Below, piece after piece: positions 1 through 12,286 of a DNA stretch of 51,544 nt. Where the stretch lies: NCBI GenBank assembly GCA_002633005.1, contig NMRA01000020.1, positions 1,159,083 to 1,210,626 on the forward strand. Direction: 5' to 3'. The DNA comes from Phoronis australis. Lineage: Eukaryota; Animalia; Phoronida. The notes beneath the pieces are model-generated. The model was given only the letters and a program-made list of their open reading frames with translations, was not told the DNA's origin and did not search any database. Numbering within the stretch: the first letter of the stretch is position 1; each line of letters begins with the position of its first letter. A program made the position numbers and the translations under genes.

Positions 1-215
1 GCCACTCACGATTCGCACCCGAAGAACCACCGCCATTTTGAACTTGCCGTGAACCTGGAAGTACAATTCCTTCAGGAACCCAGGCTAAGAAAACGCCCGA
101 CAGTGTGAATGGAAGAGTGCCTGTCAATGAGATAAATATAACTAGAGTTGACATCACGTGGTTTTCGTTGTGCGAAGTGGTCCGCTATCTTGCTGATGGA
201 CGATAGTGGGGCGTC

Positions 216-1345
216 ATGCCCGTTTATTGTGTAGCATTTAACTGCAAAAATGTCAGGACAGAAGAGTCTAAGCAACGAAATATCACATTTCATAGGTAAT
301 AGTGTCGTGGTGCTTGTTATTGTTAATGTTTGGTGTAGTGATGACAGCACTGTACTTGTGTCGCAGGTATGTATGACACTGGCCCTGCTACAGATATTAG
401 TGATGACAGCACTGTACTTGTGTATGACCTATAGTTCTTTTCTAGAAGCTGTTTAATTGCTTATGAACAGACCATATTATCAAAGCCAATAGTTACTGAA
501 GTGCTGAGGTAAGACCATCAACTAAAAAAGTGTAGCAGCCAAGTGTTTATCTCCAACTAAGCGAATCAATACACACACACGCACTCGCCTTGGTGGAAAA
601 ATTGGTATTAGTGTGTTATGTCCAACTGTTTAATTTTCGTCCAAAGAGGTATTGTAAACAGCAGTACATTGCGGTTGACTTGTCACCCTCCCTTTTAGGA
701 TCATGCCTACCAGCTCCCTACTGCTATAGAACTGAAGACACGTCTGGACTTAGTCAATGAGAGCCGAGAAAGTTTGGTTAGTGGAAGCCCCCAGTCTAGT
801 GATTCAGAACAGTTTTATCACTTACTGAAACTTAAAAACAATGGTGGACTTATGGTGCCATCACCTGGCGTTGTCCATATTTTGACCTGTGCGGAGAAGG
901 CATGGAGGAGAGGAATGAATGTCCTGTCAGCCAGTTCAATCTGTTCTGTTGAACAGATAAGTGTTAGTGTTAAGGCAGAATGTGCCAGCAGTGACCTACT
1001 GCATTTGAAGGAGCATGCTACCGAGATGCAACATGGTATTGACAATCATTATTTTGAATTGATCGACTTGTTAGTAGCTAAGTTTTATGATATTAGGATG
1101 AACCATGCTGCAAGACTCCACGCTGCATCATTCAATACATGATATTAGGATGAAACATGCTGCAAGACTCCACGCTGCATCATTCAATACATGATATTAG
1201 GATGAACCATGCTGCAAGACTCCACGCTGTATCATTCAATACATGATATTAGGATGAACCATGCTGCAAGACTCCACACTGCATCATTCAATACATGTAA
1301 CGGAGGCAGAAACTTACCAAACTCATTTTGTTCAAAGGCCAGTGA
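216..1345 (+). pseudogene. Internally deleted P-element/THAP9-like transposase remnant
   Basis: 216-295 reads MPVYCVAFNCKNVRTEESKQRNITFH(R), a THAP N-terminus ending at a phase-2 GT donor. After the acceptor at 697-698 the frame reads DHAYQLPTAIELKTRLDLVNE and runs into LLKLKNNGGLMVPS...AEK...DNHYFELI...IRMNH. A shifted frame at 1301-1345 gives RRQKLTKLILFKGQ*, a THAP9/P-transposase-type C-terminus. The second half of THAP and the catalytic core are absent. Confidence 0.8.
1087..1294 (+). repeat. Tandem repeat, 4 x 52 bp
   Basis: Unit ATGATATTAGGATGAACCATGCTGCAAGACTCCACGCTGCATCATTCAATAC starts at 1087, 1139, 1191 and 1243, with at most 1 mismatch per unit. It is amplified from transposase coding sequence. 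Confidence 0.95.
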
Positions 1346-3013
1346 GTGTCATGGTAGTCCTATAAAACAGCATATTTGGTTCCAATTGTGATTTTTTTTG
1401 ATGTTGATGTGATGTGCTAGTTTTTAGTTGTCCAAATTCCGGGATAAAAAAATCCTTATTATGCCAGGTTTAACTGGTCGGTACACATTTCTCCCAGCAT
1501 CGCTTGATGCCGACTGAAATGGTACAGGTTCTCTTTCCCTGTGCCATATGATGCCAGCTGAACTTGGTCGAATTTTTCTGTCTATGAAGAAAGCCGGCAG
1601 TTTTCAAAAATGACCCGTACACTTAGCACCAATTATGTAATTTTTGGCCTTTTGAGCTTTCAAGTATGGAATTTGTTTGAATTCCTGGCCAAAATTTCTG
1701 AAAAGGAGTGGATGGTCGTTGATGATTTTTAAAGGAGAAAATAATTATTTGCATTTTTCTTAGTTCGCATATAATTATACCTTCCAAGCCCTGTGCAACT
1801 GTGTTTTTAACTGAAAATATAATTGAAATAAAACAACATTGCAGGGGAGAATTTAATAGCAGAAACAATTGTTCAGCTCATTTAGTCCCTATAAAGATAT
1901 GTCAAGTTTTTAGTATTAACTTGCCAAATTAGAAAACATGAAATGAGTTGAACCCTGAAGTCGACATTAGCAAACCATGTTCTTCAGCCAGCTCGAATGG
2001 ATTCATCAACAGGAAATGGACTTAGCTTGTTACTGTGTCTGTTATGTTACCTTAGTCCATGGTCTACAAGCAGTCAGATTAGCTTAAAGGAAAAACAGCA
2101 AAATTGTGCAAAAATTGCCTTAGCAGACTGACATTTTTTTCTTGAAGTACATTTCATAAAAGCTTTGTTACTTACTGAGCTGTTGCAGACAAAGTTTGTT
2201 GAGTACATAAAGTTTTAAAGAACATACGAACAATGTGTTGTTTGTACACGCCATGGTAACTGGTTGTGAGTGGCTGTTGTTATTCTTTAGTTGGTTTTGG
2301 CATCGCCTTCTCTGTTGGCCTAGCCACTCTTAAGATAATTATGTTAATTGACAGATATCTTCTCACTGGAAGAGGGCATATACATGTAGCAACGACTTTT
2401 GGACGGCCGATTACTGTTGCGCCTCTTAATGGCAGTTTTGTTTTTGTTGCGTGTGAGTTTTTAGTATCACAATACCATTATGATATTTGGAATAAATTGA
2501 AACCTGTTTGGATTGGCCTCTCAATGTGTTGTTTCTGAGGTTAAAAGTTTTTGTTACCCTTGTCATTCTAAATGTTATTGATGGAAAAATTTGCGATTCC
2601 ATGCATGATGGGCAGAACCAATTAAGGGGGTATATTGGTATAAAGATTAACATTGTGCCTACTTTGTTTAAAATTCTGAATCCACCCAATCACTGCTGTA
2701 TTTTGACACAGGTTCTATGATACACTGGTTTGAATTTTGAGACAGTAGAGTGTCAAAATGTACACAATTAGTCTTCCACTTAATAGGGTAAACACGAAGA
2801 GTATCACTGAGGTATGACCAACAGTTACACAGATTTATTTGTGACGGCACAATCATAAAGAAATAAATACAGGCCAACACCTTCTTTCCATTTTCTAAAA
2901 CGTGTATACATGTTCTTGGTTGATACAACTTGAAGTAGACAATTGCAACCAGTTTTAGGGAATTTCTATCCTTGCATATGCTACTTCGGCGGCAGCAGTG
3001 TTTCATGGAAATT

Positions 3014-3343
3014 CATTAGCGGATTTAGGGGGATGGCCCCGGGCCGCGCTCCTCCCTTCCCTTGTCTGCCGAAAAAATAGAACATCAAAAGCGTCAGTAA
3101 ATATTGAGTTCGTTAAGTAACCCCAGTAATTAACATGCGGTTGAAACAAGATTTAACAATGTGTGCAGTCTTAGTTTATGTGCGTGTGCAAGTGTCAGAT
3201 CGCCGGCGCAATCGGTTTCCCATCTTTTTTTTCCGAGCTCCCCAATTTTAGGCTGGGTGCGCCCACGCAATTGTGCTTTGTGCGATTCCCGCGGAGACTA
3301 AATGTTGGGCCGGCCCCCTTATGATATCCTAGATGCGCCTCTG
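3014..3343. mobile_element. MITE-like element with CA..GCGGATTTAG-type degenerate TIRs
   Basis: Left end CATTAGCGGATTTAGGGGG; right end (revcomp) CAGAGGCGCATCTAGG; AAATT on both flanks. Confidence 0.5.
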
Positions 3344-4197
3344 AAATTTCAGCTCAACTATTTTCAAGGTTCAGGGGAAGTTCATAAAATTACCCGATGT
3401 ATTAAGTAGGATCTCTTTTGGCTAAAGCTGACAAAAATTAACTTCATGTATACTTAGGGAATGCAATGGTTGATGGGAGTGTCTCCCCCCTGATCGTCCT
3501 ATCCGGCTTGTAAACAACTAATAATCAAGTTCTGTACATTTATAAGGTTAGTTCAAACAAAATGTGTTAATGGCTAGATTCTCATGTGGCTAGTAAAGGC
3601 ACCGAGGTATTTTCAAACTATTATAAAGTATATGCGCTGCAATTCGTAAACTGGCAAGAGATCCCAGGGCATAACGGCAGCTATTCACGGTCAAATAATT
3701 GGGAAATTATTTTTTTTCTCGGCCTTATAATGACCGTTTAAGCAACGCAAGGGTCACGTATTTACGTTGCTTTATGTTACCGACATTTTAAAACCTCGCT
3801 AGTATTCAAAATTTTAAATTTTATTATGAAAATTGCCCGGCTTCCATAAGGCCACTGTGCTTTTGATTACAAATCGTCCATCATCAATATGGCGGACCGC
3901 GTGTCACACGCTGTCTGGCTTGCGAGTATAGTCGTGTCATCTCTATGTATATAGCTCATTGGTGCCTGTTACCAGTCTGCAAACGGGATAAAATAATCGA
4001 CAGTGCGCCTTAATTTTAATAAAATCAAAATACGGACAACTATATTGAATTTGCTGAAGAAATGTGGCGAATAAATTTTGTCAGAAATTATTTTGCCAGA
4101 CTCGGGACCGCAGCCTATCGGACCCGGTGCATTACAGCGTCCTGTCGTTCAGTAACTTTTCCAGACGTGAGGGGTGCTGAACGTGCGATAATATCTG

Positions 4198-4403
4198 GCT
4201 TAACTTACAGTTTTATCAGCCCACCACCAGTCAGGCTAGATACGATCTGATCGGAGATTAGAGCAATAATCAAACAAAAGAGCGCAGGCCCTCCAACCAT
4301 CAACGTCAGAATGGAGTTAATTGGCTACGGGGGGTAAACGTCCCAACTTGTTGTTGGGCTATACAATCGAACAGGTTGGGAACAACGGGATGTCGCCGTC
4401 ATG
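4198..4403 (-). repeat. Dispersed repeat, inverted copy of 18195-18412
   Basis: The revcomp matches 18195-18412, e.g. CTAATCTCCGATCAGATCGTATCTAGCCTGACTG and TATAGCCCAACAACAAGTTGGG. Confidence 0.9.
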
Positions 4404-4560
4404 GCGGATCGAGACCAGACACTGGCGAACGGTTGCAAGCTGTTTTGTCGAAATAAAATGTTCAAATCATAAATGCCGCATATATTCAAAGGTATTTTCA
4501 GACACTTGCATGAAATTACGGGCTGGATAGTCCTGTGTCACACTGCTGCGGCAGACCTTT

Positions 4561-4811
4561 GGGCCCGTTCCAACAAAACTTACTTAGCTAAGACAAATCT
4601 TAAATTATAGAAAATTTTAAAATAAAAATTAGATTTGTCTCAAAACCAATTCAAGAAGGAGACCTAATAAGTTTGACATTAGTGTATGTCCTAAATTTTG
4701 TCTTAATTTTGGCTAACTTTCCAAATGTGGTAGTTTCAAAGTTTGGAATTTAAGACAAATCTTAGACTTAAGTCAAAAATGAACTTAAGTCAGTTTCTTG
4801 GAACAAGCCCC
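4561..4811. mobile_element. PIF/Harbinger (Tourist)-like MITE
   Basis: TIRs GGGCCCGTTCCAACAAAACTTACTTA and (revcomp) GGGGCTTGTTCCAAGAAACTGACTTA. Internal TAAGACAAATCTTA repeats. Flanks TTT and TTA. Confidence 0.6.
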
Positions 4812-7653
4812 TTAGCTAGCCTCAGTGCCAGCTACCAGTGAAGACTATCGTCAAAATACAGCTTGTTAGTAGGCCTATAGGCTACAGCTTTGCGCCAAGG
4901 CTACCCTAAGGCGTAACTGGTCGCTGGCCACAGCGCTCTCTCAAACGAGGTTTATTTAGAACTTGGGTACTTCTGCGGTACTGTGCAAAGTTGTTGGCTT
5001 CCAATAGAGATTTGCCCAGACTTTGTATGAGCGCACCAAGCCTAAAAGAATGGGGGGCTGGAATTTTTGGGAATGTCTATCTTTTATTATAAGATTCACT
5101 GGGTATGTTCAGAGCTGTGGATTGGTACTTCCTGTCTTCTAGTGGAATACTGTCTCATTTTCTACTTTTTTCGGAAATCATCGTGCTTCTCTGACTGAGA
5201 CAGACTTTTTTCCAGTTCTCCAAATATTGGGCTCGTTCAAGCACATAAGTATGACAAGTTCAATACAAAATGTTACCATTTTTTATTCATTAACCCAAAA
5301 TGGTGCAAAATTTTAACATAATAAGTAACTTATAATGCACAATACTTTACAACATTTAACATTACAAATAATTCAACAGCAAAAGTTTCCATATGATATT
5401 AAAGTGGACATACATGTAACTATTTCCATGGTGACCGAATAGTGTTTCCTAACACCAGAATTTGAGAGGCATGATTAAAAAATATGAAGTTGCAAGGAAC
5501 AAGAATTGGAGGCTTGAAGCTTCACAATCCAATATAGCTTATTTTTCAAATTAAGATTATTCATATTGTTGACTTGATAACCTGAATTAAGAAGAAATAA
5601 GTTACAAAACATGACTTGAAAGCAATTGAGACTTAAAATTTAGAAAAATCTGAATTATTTTGTGACACCGAATCAAGCCTTGAACAGCAGTTGACATTCA
5701 AACAGAAATGATTTCAAAATTAATTCAACTACTTTTTTAGCTTAGTGTAAGATCACATGAATGGGAAATTCACAGTAAAATAATTCGAATATATCTTATA
5801 TTTTTGCACAAAAACACAAAAATGGAACAACGTTGCTTTTTGTAGCAACGTTTGGCAAATTGTATCAACGTTAAATCTTCACAAATTACAAAGTAGCCGA
5901 TTGAACATGCCTTTCAGTTCAGCAAAAGTCGCCATGTTGTCGGTGCCGCCAGACTGAGAAATGAGACGAAGTCCTACGGTAATTGTGAGCACATTTATCA
6001 CTTAATGAGTAACAACTGCGGGGCTGAAATTTGGTGAACACTGTTGAATCGTGCAGAGTAGAAAGTAAAGATATGTCTAAATAAATGTCACCGTAAATTA
6101 TTGGCGAAAACAATTTACACACAGTTTTAAACTCGTAACTTATCCCGCTGTCCTCCAATATGGCCGACGCGATCCAAATAAAGTGACCCAAATTTCGCCA
6201 CAAAAATTGCAATAACTTTACACTGGTTGCCCCGATTTTGATACTTTTTCGATTTTCACTGAGTAGAATGCACTACTTTTCCGATGATAGCAAAGTACTT
6301 TTTCAAAACGAGAAAAAAAATCAACACGAAAAAAATTGGTACGACTCATATTGGTTCCTACATAAGGAACTAAACACCAATGCTATAATAAGTACGCGTA
6401 ACATTCCAAAAAAATTCAACGACCAATAACTACAAACTACAAAAACACTACATATGCAAACGAATCACGAGATATTACTAATAAAACAATATAATGAAGA
6501 CTTTTAGAGCAAGCGAAAGCACATTCAGTTACAAGGAAAAAATGGCGGCGTTCAGGACAAGTTCCTGAACTGATGAGCCGAAAATGTGGGTACGGAAATA
6601 ACCGATGACAGCCGGTAATCATACGCTCAGAGAGTAGGGTCAAATACTGTTAAAAATCGCTTTTGGCAAGAAAGGCGAAAAGAATATAAAGACAGGGTGT
6701 CGAAAATAAGATTTTATGTAGTAAGTATTTTCGGATACTGGAACCACATGGGCATTTTGCAACCAGGTCTGTAATAACATCAAAGAATTTGCAACAAATG
6801 ATTTCACTGCCTTTTCAAATATCCAAATACTGAGTTAGAGTTGGTTTAGCTGTCAGGGAGTGCAGTTGTGTCAGAAGAGCACTTATGAAGTATGGTTTTC
6901 GAGTGTGGTGTAGCTCTAACAGAAGTTTGGTATGTATGTACTCTGGTTGACGGTTGCTTGATAAACTTTTCTTGCAAATGTTTTTTCTTTTAACAGGTAT
7001 GTTTACCGTGTAATTGTAAGAGAAAACAAGAGTCAGTAGAAACTGTTGACTATGCAGGTAATATATGAAGTTGGAACGCCTTTCATCCTCCGTAGTATAT
7101 CAATTCATAATTGTTGTTATAGGATCAACTCACATTTTGTGTCAGCTTGAATGAGAGGTGTGGGCTGCAAAATCAACATGAACTTGATGTTATGACAAAT
7201 ATTGAATCAGTCGTGGTAATTCAAAAATGTTACAAAGTGCATCTGTTCTTTACTTCATAAACTGTCTTCAAGCAACTGGCATGACTCAAAAGCTAACTTA
7301 TACACATGTATGCACATGATATAGCAGCTTAAGCACTTCGAACTTGTATGTTGAACCATTTTCTTATTTCTGTGTTAATGTTATTCTAGATGTAATGAAA
7401 TTTAGTGACAACTGTGTGTGGTAAGAATTGGATAGTTACATTAACCTTTTAAAGATTCTGTATCATTATCACAGTTTGGATTATTTACATGTAACAATAC
7501 ACAGTGACTTAACGAGGAAATCCCTTTATACATTTACTTTCAGTATGGATGCCCATGGTGGATGGTGAGCTGCTATAAACAAGAACGTTATGGCTTGTAC
7601 ACGGCCTCAGGCTAAATGTGGGGTCGCTACCATGGCAATGACACAGATAACAA

Positions 7654-7922
7654 GCTAGCGTGGCAAAAGCGCCACGTTCGACACGCTAGCGTGTCCAAAG
7701 CGCCACGTTCGACACGCTAGCGTGTCAAAAGCGCCACGTTTGACACGCTAAGCGTGTGAAACGAGGAGTATTGGAACGAAAATTACACTTTTTTGACACG
7801 TTTGGCACGCTACATTCTACACGTTTAACACGCCACGTTTTACACGTTTGACACGCTTTTAGGGCGTTCCAATACTCCACGTTTTTATAGCGAGTCAAAC
7901 GTGTCAAATCCTTACCCGGGTA
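7654..7922. repeat. 31-bp tandem repeat (3+ units) and one end of a subterminal-repeat-rich DNA transposon
   Basis: Unit GCTAGCGTGTCAAAAGCGCCACGTTCGACAC starts at 7654, 7685, 7716 and 7747 (partial). Many ACACGTTT/TGACACG motifs follow, ending in CCTTACCCGGGTA. Confidence 0.7.
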
Positions 7923-8835
7923 TACATGTAACGCTCTTTCGCATCCACCCTTGTCCTTTGTCACAAGGTTTTGGCTGCTAGTCATTTATGGGTTCTCAAG
8001 CACGCTTGCACAATGTGATACGGTGATTTACTCGTTGGATGTGAGGTTTCTGTGAAGACTGGCACGAGAGAGGTACAAAACAATTCTCAAGTCAGGCTCT
8101 TATTGGTTACTGTAGATATGTAGGATCTCTTGAGTATGAACCGAAAACATCAAATCACTTTGATTATTACATTATGACATCGCAAAATAATTAAGTAAGA
8201 AAAATCAGAAAGTTCTGTTCAGAAAAAAGATTATAGACTTCATCGCCATCGGATGCCCGTCTACAATCTAGGTTTTCTTTTACCTGGAAACTGCCTTCTA
8301 ACCACTCCAGAGCTGCAGTAACAGTTGGCAGAGTTGCTGTTTGTTGTCATCGTTTGCAAGAAAAGTTTTGGAGTCACACGGCTTATGTGTAGATGGTCCA
8401 CCCATTTTTTTTTTCTCTGAACTGCCAAGTCACGAACGCTCCTGGGCTTTGACAAATTAAGAGTGGTAGCTGTCAGTTGAGAACATGAGGTGCTTCTTCG
8501 ACACCATTTGATCAAGTGAGTTCCTCACAGTCGACACACCGACGATACTATTACACTCTGTGGGGAACGACATTTGTAACGTTGGTAGGTCTTTGATTTG
8601 ATTTGGTCGTATCTTTTTTCTACTTTTGGCTTTCAAACGTGCCAAATCGACTTTCTTAAGTGCAAAAAAAAAACAGAGAAAAGCCAGCCGAACTCACGGC
8701 CAGACTCGATGGTCCTGTCAGTCATCGCATGTTCTACGTTCAGATCGAATCGAGCTTGTTTAAACTGGGTCGAGGAGGTCGCGGGTCGAGAAGTTGTCAG
8801 TGGGGTGCGGATCGAGGGTGTTTCAGCCATATAAT

Positions 8836-8917
8836 GTTAATTACCGGGGTTAATTAATAAACTCAACATTTCCCTACGCCCGGTCCCCCTGCCCCCCCTC
8901 CCCTAAATCCGCCTATG
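8836..8917 (+). repeat. Right end of a MITE-like repeat; second copy at 10132-10249
   Basis: TTAATTACCGGGGTTAATTA..AAACTCAACATTTCC followed by ...CCCTAAATCCGCCTATG occurs at both places in the same orientation. Confidence 0.75.
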
Positions 8918-9555
8918 CCATGCTACAGAATCCGTAGCCAGCCAGTTATATCAACAGACTGTCGTATATACAGCTTTGTACCAAGGCTACAGAATCCGTA
9001 GAAATGCGACAATGTTCCTGCAACAACGCTACAACAGACGTATTCGCCGGAGCTGTCATCAACGGTGGCACTTATAACCACAGGCGTCCTCAGCTTCTGA
9101 TCGTCCCCAATACACTATATAACACTACAAGGTATGACACTTCGGACTAGAAATTCCACGGGTGCTTCACGTCAGCCGTCCATAGCAAAGATAAAACTCA
9201 ATAAATTTACACAAAACAGAGGTTCAACAAACCATGAAGAATTGTTCTTTCTCCTTTAATAATACTATTTACGGTGTCCTGCTCGACGGATTTCGGAAGA
9301 AATTCGCGGTAAAAGCACAAAAATCTTCCCAAAAAGCTCGTCCGGAGAAACTCCTTGGTCCCACGCGCAGGGTACGGAATTATCCGATGAGTTACCGATG
9401 AACGGCAATTGCCGAGTTATCGATGCCGTGACTTTCCGTGATGAAATTTTTCTGTTTTTTCCTCTAAAAATCAAGCATTTTCCTTGATTCCTGAAGTATT
9501 ACCCAAGAAAAAAGGCAAAAAAACACAGAGAACGTGTCAAACAGGAAACACTGGA

Positions 9556-9622
9556 CATACCACAGACTCGAACTCACGACCCGGCGGATAGAGCGCGCGT
9601 GCGTTACCACTACACCACCACG
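9556..9622 (-). repeat. tRNA-derived (SINE-head-like) sequence
   Basis: On the - strand: A-box-like TGGTGTAGTGG and B-box-like GAGTTCGAGTC at tRNA spacing. It does not form a proper cloverleaf. Confidence 0.6.
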
Positions 9623-10131
9623 ATTTCACTCCCACTTAGTTACTAAAAGAGCTACTTATTTATGGTCCACAGCGTTTGCGCGCGAAACCTACTTCTTTTT
9701 GTAATGCTTACTTATTTTATGTTTTGTGCAATCGGTTTGTAACACATTTGTTGTATTTAGAATAGTCTTCAATTGCTCAAAAGACCAAATCCGTTTTTCG
9801 TGTTGGCAATAATGACGGGATATTTTTGGAAATCGTCTTAAGTTAAGGTTTGACAAAGAGAGAATTATGAGTTTCAGAGTGATTCACTAAAGCTTCGATT
9901 AAAATTCACATCTTACCAGCAGCTTCTGTTTTTTCATCGTCACTCAGGTTCCATTTTCTTTAAAAAATGAAGTAATTCTCTTTATTGCACAGTGGAGCAG
10001 ACGACGGAAACGGAGTCCTAGTGCGCAGCGCCACCGCCGATCGCCTGGGATATCGCGGGAGAGCTTAGTACTTTGCCGTGTTCCGAATTTGACACTTGAA
10101 ATTGGATCTGAGCNGTTTCATTCGTATAGTT

Positions 10132-10249
10132 TTAATTACCGGGGTTAATTACTAAACTCAACATTTCCGCTACGCTCTTGCTGTTTTATTTTTTGCGGCA
10201 GCCAAGGGGGGGGGACCGGGCTCCCTATGCCCCCCTAAATCCGCCTATG
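10132..10249 (+). repeat. Right end of a MITE-like repeat (copy of 8836-8917)
   Basis: Same motifs as 8836-8917. It begins just after the N at 10114. Confidence 0.7.
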
Positions 10250-12286
10250 AGACTACATGTACATAGTTGTTTATAATCTTAGTGTTGACACTGACAAACA
10301 GGCTGCAGTCGGGGGTCAATGGGGCTATTCGGAAAATTTACATTAACTAGAGGGCGCGCGTGCACTAGTGGTGATAGATTAACAGCCTCGATTTCGGGAG
10401 CCCTTTCAATACATGGTGAAATGGCTTGTAGGCGTGCCAACTGAATCTGAGATTGTGTGAAAACGGTGCTTCTATGAGAGAAAGTAAGCACGACCTGATA
10501 CAAAGGTAAGGTTTGTGATTGTTTTAATGATTATCCCATGTTTATTGTACTGATGCCTGTTAACTGAGATACTCGCCGATGTCGACTTCACGGCAGTCGC
10601 CAGTCGGGTGAATCTTTGTTTGTTGTGATGCGTGTTACTATACTTGACGTTGCACTCGGGATCTTTTCTTACATCAAAGCAGTATTGTTGTTTGGAATGA
10701 TTTCTAACAGGTTAATCAGTGACAGTTACATGTACATCAATGAATGCTGACTGTTTAACTCGATATTGGCTAGTGGGATTATAATCCAAGCCCAATGCCA
10801 TGGCAAAGGGTACGTAAATATCAATTAGACTAATTGTTTTCTCACTATCCTATGTCTTCCGGAAATGTATTACACGTTGAAATAGAAATCTATCATGTCT
10901 GTTTTCACGTGACCTTTGATTTTTAGATTTGAGGGCTTGTACCGTGCGAGGAGATATGCATCGTTTCTGCATCGACCCTGAATGGACAAAAATTGGTTTT
11001 AAGCAGTTGATTACAGCTAACCAGCAAGATCTTCCCATCCAGTGCAGATCTGTTGTTAAAGCCTACTTTCTTCATCGGAGACAACGAACAAGCTTTGTTA
11101 CTCCTTTTTTCTTCCCACAGCATTTCACACACCATTATTGGTGCATGGCACAATGCCAGTGGCCCTGGTGAAATGTGAATCGCAGTACGAAGTTATCGTA
11201 AGACAACGTGTTGTATGTGTATGAAGAGGAACTACATGTATATCTGACTGCTACACAAGTCATCCTCGTTGGTGAGGATGCCCTTTCATAGGCAATAAGT
11301 CATGTGTGGACAATTGCTTATTTCCTTTCCTGAAAGAAGCATGCTGGATTGAAGCTAAAGAAGTCGTAGTGACACTCTGGTCTAGTTCAGGTTCAGATTT
11401 TGGGCATAAAACGAGTCAAGTGATATGCTGTTATGTTTACCCTCAAGGATTTAATTGAAGCTGAATGAGGTTACCTGGAGAAAAGCCACGTGCCGAAACT
11501 GGACCTTTTTTACAAGCGCTTCTATATAAGCTATTGAAACTAGATGTCTGTGAAATGAAAATCAAAAGCATCTGGTATAGAAACCTGTCATTTCTCACTG
11601 AGTGACATTAACTTTTCCTTTCAGAAGAAAGGCTTTATACTAACGGTAAAATATTTTCAATTTGGTACACATTATGGGGAAATGACATTCAGTGACTGCA
11701 TCGATTGTCTTATTGTCAGTAGAAAGCCCGTTAGTGTTACGGCTTTGATGATCGAATAAATTTTTCATCAACAGGCAAGTTTGTCACTAATTATTGAAAC
11801 CACAATATTTTCTCAGTTTTAAAGCCCCATACAGTGCAGTTATGCTTATTCTTTATAAGGCTGAAATGATTACCGATTACGCTTGCAAATTGTCGTTTTC
11901 CTGTTGACCTCTACAAATGTGCAGCGAACAAAATGAAGTATTCCCTTTGTTTGCATTTGATGTGTGTATGTGTGTGTAATTATTATTAGAGCTTTCTCAA
12001 GAAGGCCTTTGAGCAATTTTAAGTTTTATGTTAACTTGTCCACAAAAAAGTTCCACATGCAAGAAAAGTATATAAAGAAAGAACTTTGTTAAAAACAATT
12101 GTAATTTTCCCACGCAATGGAGTCCATAATCATGTATATCAAGGGCTGAATTTCTGAATTAGGTTCAATTCTCTCAGGTTATTGCTGAAGGATTGCTTTT
12201 CACTTTGTCCAAAGCTAAAATAGATGGTCAGGCGACTGGTTTCAGTCGTTTTCTCTCACCTGAAACAGAATAGTCAGAGAAATATT

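Larger units (their letters stand above)
1..3961 (+). mobile_element. Probable non-autonomous P-superfamily DNA transposon (left end outside window)
   Basis: It contains the transposase remnant. The candidate right terminus read on - is CAATGAGCTATATACATAGAGATGAC (ends 3961). Subterminal CCGCCATATTGA (- strand, ~3884-3895) mirrors CCGCCATTTTGA at 30-41. The left TIR and TSD are not visible. Confidence 0.45.

Noticed and set aside
4904-6640. piggyBac-like element with CCCT ends
   Set aside because: The TIR match is too short and TTAA TSDs are not present.
8261-8830. Chain of short - strand ORFs with splice-like sites
   Set aside because: No recognisable domain. It may be a decayed TE gene, but I cannot support a call.
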